Of a stretch of DNA of 64,000 nucleotides, positions 56,958 through 64,000 are shown in pieces. The stretch's first letter is position 1, and each line of letters begins with the position of its first letter. The notes under the pieces were generated by a model. The model was not told where the DNA came from. It saw only the letters and a program-made list of their open reading frames with translations, and did no database searches. A program made the position numbers and the translations under genes. Source of the DNA: Rubripirellula sp. Lineage in GTDB: Bacteria; Planctomycetota; Planctomycetia; Pirellulales; Pirellulaceae. The stretch spans positions 4,352,001 to 4,416,000 of the forward strand of contig OZ244207.1 in assembly GCA_965216875.1 (NCBI GenBank). The letters are read 5' to 3'.

Positions 56958-58352
56958 ATGAGCCAATGGATAAGCATCGTCGACGCTCGGCAAGCGTCGG
57001 CGGCAGGCAAGACCTGCGAGGTTCGCGGTTGGGTTCGAACGCGCCGCGACAGCAAGGCCGGGTTTAGCTTTATCGAAGTCAACGACGGCAGTTCGATGGG
57101 CAACCTGCAGGTCGTCGCGCCGGCGGAATTGTCCAACTACGCCGACGAGATCCAAAAGCTGGGTGCCGGTTGCAGCATCGTTGCGGTGGGTGAGATCCAA
57201 GAGTCACCCGCCAAGGGACAGGCGACCGAAATGCACGCTACCGAAGTGCGTGTGATCGGCTGGGCTGATCCCGAGTCGTACCCACTTCAAAAGAAACGCC
57301 ACTCCTTCGAAAAACTGCGCGAGTGGGCCCACCTGCGTCCTCGAACCAACACGATCGGCGCCGTGATGCGAGTGCGAAATCAAATCTCGCAATCGATTCA
57401 TCAGTTCTATCACGACAATGGTTTCTTTTACGTTCACACGCCGATCATCACCGCAAGTGATTGCGAAGGTGCCGGCGAAATGTTCCGCGTCACATCGCTT
57501 GACCTCGAGATGCTTGCCAAGAAGGGCGGGCCGGTCAACTACGACTATGACTTCTTTGACAAGCCAACGTTCTTGACGGTCAGCGGTCAACTCGAAGCCG
57601 AAACCTATGCCACTTCGCTTGGGCGCGTTTACACGTTTGGCCCGACGTTCCGCGCCGAAAACAGCAACACGAGCCGCCATCTGGCCGAGTTTTGGATGGT
57701 CGAACCCGAGGCGGCCTTCTTCGATTTATCCGACAACATGAAGTTGGCCGAAGACTTCTTGAAACGGATCTTTGGCGATTGCTTGAATCATTGCGACGAA
57801 GACATGCAGTTCTTTGATCTGCGCATTGAAAAAGGCAAGATCGAGCAAATCAAATCGGTCGTCGAAAAACCCTTCGCGCACATGACTTACACCGAAGCGA
57901 TCGACGTGTTGACTTCGTGCAGCGAAAAGTTCGAGTACCCGGTTTCTTGGGGCACCGACCTGCAAGCCGAGCACGAGCGTTACCTTACCGAAAAACATGT
58001 CCAAGGACCGCTGATCCTGACCGACTATCCATCGTCCATCAAACCGTTCTACATGCGTGTCAGCGACGATGGCAAAACGGTCGCCGCGATGGATGTTCTG
58101 GTTCCGGGCGTCGGGGAAATCATCGGCGGCAGCCAACGCGAAGAACGACTCGATGTTTTGCAGCGCCGCATGGACGAAGCCGGCCTCGACCAATCCGAAT
58201 ACTGGTGGTACGTCGACCTGCGGCGATTTGGAACGGTTCCGCACGCTGGCTTTGGGCTCGGCCTCGAACGTGCCGTCCAATATGTCACGGGCATGGCCAA
58301 CATTCGCGACGTGATTCCCTTCCCGCGCACCCCGGGTAGCGCCGAGTTCTAA
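56958..58352 (+). CDS. asnS: Asparagine--tRNA ligase
   Basis: [35 protein letters not shown] and GFGLGLER. Confidence 0.96.
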   Translation: MSQWISIVDARQASAAGKTCEVRGWVRTRRDSKAGFSFIEVNDGSSMGNLQVVAPAELSNYADEIQKLGAGCSIVAVGEIQESPAKGQATEMHATEVRVIGWADPESYPLQKKRHSFEKLREWAHLRPRTNTIGAVMRVRNQISQSIHQFYHDNGFFYVHTPIITASDCEGAGEMFRVTSLDLEMLAKKGGPVNYDYDFFDKPTFLTVSGQLEAETYATSLGRVYTFGPTFRAENSNTSRHLAEFWMVEPEAAFFDLSDNMKLAEDFLKRIFGDCLNHCDEDMQFFDLRIEKGKIEQIKSVVEKPFAHMTYTEAIDVLTSCSEKFEYPVSWGTDLQAEHERYLTEKHVQGPLILTDYPSSIKPFYMRVSDDGKTVAAMDVLVPGVGEIIGGSQREERLDVLQRRMDEAGLDQSEYWWYVDLRRFGTVPHAGFGLGLERAVQYVTGMANIRDVIPFPRTPGSAEF

Positions 58353-59311
58353 TGAACGGGACCGCTGCCACCAAGGGTCGTCTCGCGCCGTCACCGACGG
58401 GAGCCCAGCACCTGGGAAACGCTCGCACCTACCTGCTTGCCTATTGGTCAGCCCGCAAGAACAACGCAAGGCTTGCGCTGCGCATCGAGGACGTCGATTC
58501 GCCACGCATCAAACCTTGGGCAATCGACCAAGCGATCGAAGACCTCGCTTGGCTTGGCATCACCTGGGAAGAGGGTCCAGACGTTGGTGGCCCCGACGCA
58601 CCGTACATTCAAACCGAGCGAATCGAGCTTTACCAAGACGCGCTCGCGTCATTGATTCAGCGCAACCTTGCTTTTCCATGCACTTGCACGCGCAGCGACA
58701 TTGAAGCGGCCGGCAGCGCGCCCCACTTTGAACACGAAGGCAAGGTTTACCCGGGCACCTGTGCGGCGTGGTCAACGGGAGACCCGCTCCCTGAAGACGG
58801 CACGTACTGCTGGCGATTCCGCGCCGGCTCGGCGGCCGTTTCTTTCGATGATGCCGTCATGGGAAACCAAACCTGTGTGCCGAGCCGTGACCTGGGCGAC
58901 TTTCCAATCACTCAAAAAAATGGCAACCCGTCGTACCAGCTTGCTGTCGTGGTCGACGACGCGGCAATGGGCATCGACGAAGTCGTACGCGGCGACGACC
59001 TGTTGGCGAGCACCTTTCGCCAAATCGAACTCTTTCGCGCCCTCGGCAAAACGGTCCCCAGTTTTGCTCACGTCCCACTCGTGCGCGGCACCGATGGTCG
59101 CCGGCTTGCCAAGCGGCACGGCGACACGCGACTAAGCCACTTTCGCGACCTCGGCATCAAGGCCGAACAAGTGGTTGCTTGGGCCGCGGTCACGTCGGGA
59201 TTTGCCGACGCCGGCGAGAGCGTCACCGCCGACTCGATTCCCGATCGATTCTGCTGGAGCAAGTTGCCGAGAGAATCGGTGATTGTTGAAAACAACCCCT
59301 TCCGTTCGTGA
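58352..59311 (+). CDS. gluQ: Glutamyl-Q tRNA(Asp) synthetase
   Basis: RLAPSPTG..HLGN, CTCTR..YPGTC, YQLAVVVDD, RGDDL and LAKRH; no anticodon-binding domain. Confidence 0.88.
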   Translation: MNGTAATKGRLAPSPTGAQHLGNARTYLLAYWSARKNNARLALRIEDVDSPRIKPWAIDQAIEDLAWLGITWEEGPDVGGPDAPYIQTERIELYQDALASLIQRNLAFPCTCTRSDIEAAGSAPHFEHEGKVYPGTCAAWSTGDPLPEDGTYCWRFRAGSAAVSFDDAVMGNQTCVPSRDLGDFPITQKNGNPSYQLAVVVDDAAMGIDEVVRGDDLLASTFRQIELFRALGKTVPSFAHVPLVRGTDGRRLAKRHGDTRLSHFRDLGIKAEQVVAWAAVTSGFADAGESVTADSIPDRFCWSKLPRESVIVENNPFRS

Positions 59312-59373
59312 CGCGACCACTCGGGTATAATCCTCGGGCACGCTCACAACTCGAACGACACCTGAGGAATCCA

Positions 59374-60078
59374 ATGCAAGTCACGCGGGCTCTGTTCACC
59401 ACCTGCATCGTCGCTTTTTCAATCGCCGAACTATCTGCCGACGATTGGGCAAGTTCCGTCAAACTGCCGGAAGGCGAATCGGCGATCAAGTTGTTTGATG
59501 GCGAGTCGCTTGAGGGGTGGCAGGGGCTAAAGGACCAATACTGGAGCGTTGAAGACGGCGCGATCGTCGGTCGAAATGATCAGCGTGTTCCTGCGAGCAC
59601 TTATCTCTTCACCGACAAGAGCTACCGCAGTTTTCGGTTGTTGATGGAAGTCAAACAAACGATTGGCCCGAAGTACTCAAAGATGCATTCAGCGGTCTGT
59701 TGCCTCGGAGAAATCATCGAAGACAAAGGGCAAGCGTTTGGGTTCAAGGGTCCGCTGTTGATGTTCTGTCATGACTGGGGCATCTGGGATGCACACCGCC
59801 GCAACCGGTTTTATCCAGCGGGTCATCGAGGCACCTACATGCCCGGCGCCGAAAAGACAGGCGAATGGAATCAGATCGAAATCCTGGTGATCGGCAACCG
59901 TATTCGCATGGTGGCGGGCGGCAAGGTCGTGATCGATGTCACCGACAAACCCGAAATGTTGCGAGCCTCGCCGATTGGATTGCAGCTGCACAGCAACGCG
60001 AAGCCGCAAGAGTACCGGTTTCGCGGCCTCGTGCTTGTCGACCAACCGACCGATCAATTGTTGACCGCAACCAAGTAG
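59374..60078 (+). CDS. DUF1080 (3-keto-disaccharide hydrolase) domain protein, exported
   Basis: LFDGESLEGW, WSVEDGAIVG, GEWNQIEI and IGLQLH. Confidence 0.85.
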   Translation: MQVTRALFTTCIVAFSIAELSADDWASSVKLPEGESAIKLFDGESLEGWQGLKDQYWSVEDGAIVGRNDQRVPASTYLFTDKSYRSFRLLMEVKQTIGPKYSKMHSAVCCLGEIIEDKGQAFGFKGPLLMFCHDWGIWDAHRRNRFYPAGHRGTYMPGAEKTGEWNQIEILVIGNRIRMVAGGKVVIDVTDKPEMLRASPIGLQLHSNAKPQEYRFRGLVLVDQPTDQLLTATK

Positions 60079-60105
60079 TCTCCCTGCACAGCGCGAGCAC
60101 GTGAC

Positions 60106-61347
60106 ATGGACGTTGACGCATTCGTCGAAGCGATCATCAAACAGCCTCACGAGATGGACGCGCGACGTGTGTTTGCTGATTACCTCGATGAGATCGGCGA
60201 CCCACGTGCGGAATTGATTCGACTTCAGTTCGAACTCAATCCGCTCAGCCGCTTTGATCCCGCGCGGCGCAGGCTGCGATCCCGAGAATTGGAATTGGTT
60301 CGGGAGCATGGCTGCTTTGGCAGCGTGCCATCGATCGCCAAAGTGATTGGCACCGAAGGCGGTTTCATCGACGCCATTGAATTAACGGCGGCGAGGTTCC
60401 TTAAACACCAGGACGAGATCTTTGCATCTTCGCCGATTCGCAAAGTCGTGTTGGTCGGAAAGTCGAAGCGGATCGGAAAGCTGGCCGAGTCGCCGCATTT
60501 GAGTCAACTGACATCGCTGACACTGAAGAACAACGACGAACGTCGCGAAGTCCTTGCGCAAATCCTTACCCAAGGAGGCTGGCAACACATCGAGGAACTC
60601 GACTTGCGTGGTGACTGGGTCGACGACCATGCCGCTTCAACGATAGCGGACTCCGAAAAATTTGCGACGCTCAAGTCCGTCTCCCTCAGTGCCTGGAACT
60701 ACTCTGCCAATCGTGCCATTAGCCACCTGGCTGACTCGCGATTCGTCAACCAACTCGAAAAACTCGAGTTCAACGGCGTGGACGACAAGTCGTGTCGACA
60801 AGTGGCCACCAGCGCAAACTTCCGCAACCTCAAATCGATCGAGCTTGAAGGCCAAGGCATCTCAGTCGAGGGAATGCGTCAGCTACACACCAGCAAAAAC
60901 TATCCGGGACTCGATTCGCTTCGCATCTCGAACCAACGCTACCACTACTACCGCGGTGACGAAGACATCACCGAGGGCTCACCGTTTGATGTCGAAACCG
61001 GCGTCAACGGGATCACCCAACTCGAGGTCTTTGGTGGCTTTCGCGATGTGATCGTCGACGGGATCATACGGAATTTCCCCGATCTCGAAGTCCTGCGACT
61101 GTCAGAGAACATCATCAGCAATCAAGGAGCGATGACGCTTGCCAACAGCGGCTTGTTCAGCCAGCTTCGTGCGCTCTACCTGACGCACAACCGAATTGGC
61201 GTTGAAGGCTTGACGGCGATCGGGAAAGCACGGGAAGAAAACCGCGGCTTGAAGGTGTACCTGGACGGCAACAACGTGTCACGCAAGCAGATCAATGAGC
61301 TGCGCGATCGATTTGGCAAAACGTTCTTGACCGCCACGCCCTACTAG
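60106..61347 (+). CDS. TIGR02996 repeat-companion domain plus LRR protein
   Basis: AIIKQPHEMDARRVFADYLDEIGDPRAELIRLQ followed by LRRs. Confidence 0.85.
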   Translation: MDVDAFVEAIIKQPHEMDARRVFADYLDEIGDPRAELIRLQFELNPLSRFDPARRRLRSRELELVREHGCFGSVPSIAKVIGTEGGFIDAIELTAARFLKHQDEIFASSPIRKVVLVGKSKRIGKLAESPHLSQLTSLTLKNNDERREVLAQILTQGGWQHIEELDLRGDWVDDHAASTIADSEKFATLKSVSLSAWNYSANRAISHLADSRFVNQLEKLEFNGVDDKSCRQVATSANFRNLKSIELEGQGISVEGMRQLHTSKNYPGLDSLRISNQRYHYYRGDEDITEGSPFDVETGVNGITQLEVFGGFRDVIVDGIIRNFPDLEVLRLSENIISNQGAMTLANSGLFSQLRALYLTHNRIGVEGLTAIGKAREENRGLKVYLDGNNVSRKQINELRDRFGKTFLTATPY

Positions 61348-61354
61348 TTCGTTG

Positions 61355-61574
61355 GTGCGTGCAAGCACGATAACGTTGATGGCTCTTCATGTAGGGTGTG
61401 TGCTTGCACGCACCGATCTTCATGAAGGAGTGGACGAGGCTACGAGTCCCTGACTCGCGAACGGAGATGCCGAAGACGCATCGATTCGGCAGCACAGAAG
61501 GTGCGTGCAAGCACGGCACCCTACCGATGCGCTGACTGGCTGCTCTGCTCGTGGCGTGCGTGCTTGCACGCGCC
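61355..61574. repeat. REP-like family B cluster (four copies, alternating orientation)
   Basis: GGTGCGTGCAAGCACG / GTAGGGTGTGTGCTTGCACGCACC. Confidence 0.8.
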
Positions 61575-61596
61575 GCGATCATCGCAAAGCGGCGGC

Positions 61597-61887
61597 TTAC
61601 AGGCGGCCGTCTTTTTCGAGCATCTCTTTGTACTCGTCACGCTCACGACGGGTCGCTTCGAGGTCAAAGATCAAGTACTTCATGTCCAAACGCAGCTGGG
61701 CCAAAGCTTCTTGCACCAAGTTCAAGATTCGTCGGCGGCGAGTGCTGCATTCGACAACGCGAGTCAGTGCGGGAGCGACTGCATCGCGGTAACGAGCTGG
61801 CAAGGCGTCGATCGCTTTGATCATTTCTTGCAATTCGACTGGGGTCTCGTCATTCAGCTTGCCGGCGGATCCAACGGTGTCTGGCAT
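61597..61887 (-). CDS. Small helical coiled-coil protein (96 aa)
   Basis: RRRRILNLVQEALAQLRLDMKYLIFDLEATRRERD; coding-like composition. Confidence 0.75.
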   Translation of the reverse strand: MPDTVGSAGKLNDETPVELQEMIKAIDALPARYRDAVAPALTRVVECSTRRRRILNLVQEALAQLRLDMKYLIFDLEATRRERDEYKEMLEKDGRL

Positions 61888-62266
61888 AGGGGTGGCTCCC
61901 AAAATTGTTCTCAAATGATGCGGGTGATTGAACAAGCATCCAATGCAGTCACAGTGCCGAAATCCTGCCGGCGGCCCCTGCCTGACGACGAAAACTCTTT
62001 CCCAGAAACGACTTAGGTTAATTCGGGGCGGTTTGATGTCAAAAGCCAACGATGCGTTTTGTCGACGCGGTTTCGACTTGGCTAGAGACCCTAAATCTTG
62101 GTATGGAAAGGCGTTACGTCAGCGGTGACGGCTGCGACTACCTTGTTGTGTTTTTTCAACACCATGTCGCGTGCACCGCACACCCGTTTGAGATGTTGCG
62201 TGGAATCAACGTTCCCGGCAACATGCGAGCGATTGTTTCGGGATCAGGATACCGAGTCAACTATCA

Positions 62267-64000
62267 ATGCGTCGCAGCGACGAATCGAATCGGAACGAGC
62301 GCCCAGATGCGCGGGCTAGTCAAAGTCTTCGCAACTGGCTGATCGCTCTGGCAACGTTTGCTTTTTGGGCCTCATCAAGTTTGCCGAGTGCCGATGCGCA
62401 GATCCACGACTCGCTCGATGCCCATCCACCCCGCTGGCACTTGGACACTTCGGATTGCGATGCTCAAACGATCAAGCAGGAGCATTTGCTTGACGGCGGA
62501 CTCGATGGTGGTGGCTGCGAGGCGATCACCTTCACTGCCAAGAATGGCACCGAGGCGATTCTTGTTTACCCGATCCAACCTGTCCAACCGCTTGATGATC
62601 TAACCGCCAACGTTTCGGTCATGAGCGCCAAGGCGGGAGCGAGGATTGGCTTTCGTGTTCGCTTCCCCTACTTACGAGACAAAGAGACGCGACGTCCGGT
62701 CGCCATCATTGTCTATGGAACCAGTTATGAATCGGGAGGCGGTTTTGGTTCCCTTGGTGTCGGCTTGATTGAACGGGAATTGCGCAAAAAGGTTGTGGTC
62801 GTTCGCCACGAGTACGGAAGCGACGCCGATGTGAGTGATCCTTACGTTGACGCTGTCGTGCTGAATGCGTACAGCGGTCCTGGAACGACGACGCTACGGA
62901 TGGACGAGCTACGGATTGATGGACTGATTCCGGTCGGTGAAGCGATCGTCACCGGAAACCGGCCTCCTACTCGCAATGACCGCGCGATCCCTCGACCTCA
63001 AGGCATGCTGAGAGTGTCCCCCGAGTCGGTGTCACCTCCCAACAACGGCGTCGTCCAGAATGGCAATCCGCAAAGCAACACGGAACGAAGCAACGAAACT
63101 GCGTTTCCTGTTGGACGTGTCACGCGAATCCTGCAGTACAACGACGAACCGTTGTCGTGGGTGCGGGCGTTGGGGTTTGACGCAGTCCTGCTTTCCAAGC
63201 CACCGACGGCTGCGATCCTGCGAGAGGCGATCAGTGCGCGTGTGGCCATTTATGCACCCCCGCCCTCGGCACCGGACCCACAGCTCGAACCGCTGCTTAC
63301 CGTCGTGAGAGGCTGGTATTTGGGAAGCGGCAAATCGCTCGACGGACGCCACCTGCAAGAGACGGCGCTGCGATGCGAACGTTTGCGCGCCTGGCCTTCG
63401 CGCTGGCAGCGTCCGTTGGTTGCCGCGCCTGCGGAACGTTGGCGCGAGTACGCAGCTCTAACGGATGCGTTGATCAACGACTTGCCCATTCGAAACCGCG
63501 GCATCAGCGGCGGCGAAGAGGTCGCCGAAATGAACCTCGTGACCAGCCGTGTCGGTGATCGCGTCGAATTGGGGGTTGGCATCGCCAGCATGCCCGCCGA
63601 GATCATGTTGAAACAAGCCGAAGCCATTTCCGACTTGATCGGCGCGCAACGGCCCGCTTCGTTTCGCTGGCACGCCATGTGGCTGCAAGCGATGCGCAGT
63701 CTCGAAACGACACCTTCGGCAATCCTCTTTCGATCATCTCGCTCACTGGCAAGCGGCAACGACTTGGCAAGCAATCGCTCGATGGCGCTCAGCTATGTCA
63801 ACCGCATGATCGCGATGATCAGTCCCTGGGTAGCCACCTCGACCCCGGCGCCGCCACCACCCATCGTCGGCGCCCCCTATCGATGCACGCGTTTGCAAAC
63901 CGGCAACTCGGATTTGCTGATTCTGACTTCCATCGCCACACGAGGATCCGAAGTCCTTGCCGGTGACGGGGATGAATTGCAGATCCAATTATCCCCCAAT
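62267..64000 (+). CDS. Large exported hypothetical protein, truncated by the window edge
   Basis: Translated by hand: MRRSDES...NWLIALATFAFWASSSLPSADAQ (signal peptide), frame read open for several hundred nt; absent from the ORF track, consistent with no stop before the edge. Confidence 0.75.
   Translation, partial: MRRSDESNRNERPDARASQSLRNWLIALATFAFWASSSLPSADAQIHDSLDAHPPRWHLDTSDCDAQTIKQEHLLDGGLDGGGCEAITFTAKNGTEAILVYPIQPVQPLDDLTANVSVMSAKAGARIGFRVRFPYLRDKETRRPVAIIVYGTSYESGGGFGSLGVGLIERELRKKVVVVRHEYGSDADVSDPYVDAVVLNAYSGPGTTTLRMDELRIDGLIPVGEAIVTGNRPPTRNDRAIPRPQGMLRVSPESVSPPNNGVVQNGNPQSNTERSNETAFPVGRVTRILQYNDEPLSWVRALGFDAVLLSKPPTAAILREAISARVAIYAPPPSAPDPQLEPLLTVVRGWYLGSGKSLDGRHLQETALRCERLRAWPSRWQRPLVAAPAERWREYAALTDALINDLPIRNRGISGGEEVAEMNLVTSRVGDRVELGVGIASMPAEIMLKQAEAISDLIGAQRPASFRWHAMWLQAMRSLETTPSAILFRSSRSLASGNDLASNRSMALSYVNRMIAMISPWVATSTPAPPPPIVGAPYRCTRLQTGNSDLLILTSIATRGSEVLAGDGDELQIQLSPN

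Noticed and set aside
1..64000. Prophage, IS, integron, retron or defence island
   Set aside because: No integrase, transposase, reverse transcriptase, phage structural or recognisable defence genes; only a solo TA pair.

Overview
Chromosomal window from a planctomycete, most likely Pirellulaceae. This is inferred from PSCyt/DUF1553 and DUF1501 genes, TIGR02996 and FSLR-type LRR proteins, an ECF-kinase pair and Tat-exported Gfo/Idh/MocA enzymes. About 48 CDS are supported, including two edge-truncated genes missing from the ORF track: a TolC-family lipoprotein at <1-1474 (-) and an exported protein at 62267->64000 (+). Housekeeping genes are rtcB, mog, der, family-4 UDG, acpS-like, trpS, cstA, trxB, asnS and gluQ. 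I found no rRNA, tRNA, CRISPR array, transposase or prophage, and no unmistakable defence island. The best candidates for uncharacterised biology are: (1) a structured, terminator-ended minus-strand small RNA downstream of a stand-alone rtcB; (2) an ECF sigma - FecR/LamG anti-sigma - diheme PSCyt - Tat DUF1501 operon with no TonB receptor; (3) an ECF sigma - ZAS/Ser-Thr kinase - coiled-coil surface protein module; (4) apparently degenerate MurE and AcpS paralogues; (5) CstA ending in Cys-UGA; (6) a tandem palindromic operator over a leaderless udg promoter; and (7) about ten distinct REP-like repeat families that form mosaics and often abut stop codons. All family assignments come from motif recognition by eye. 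No searches were run.
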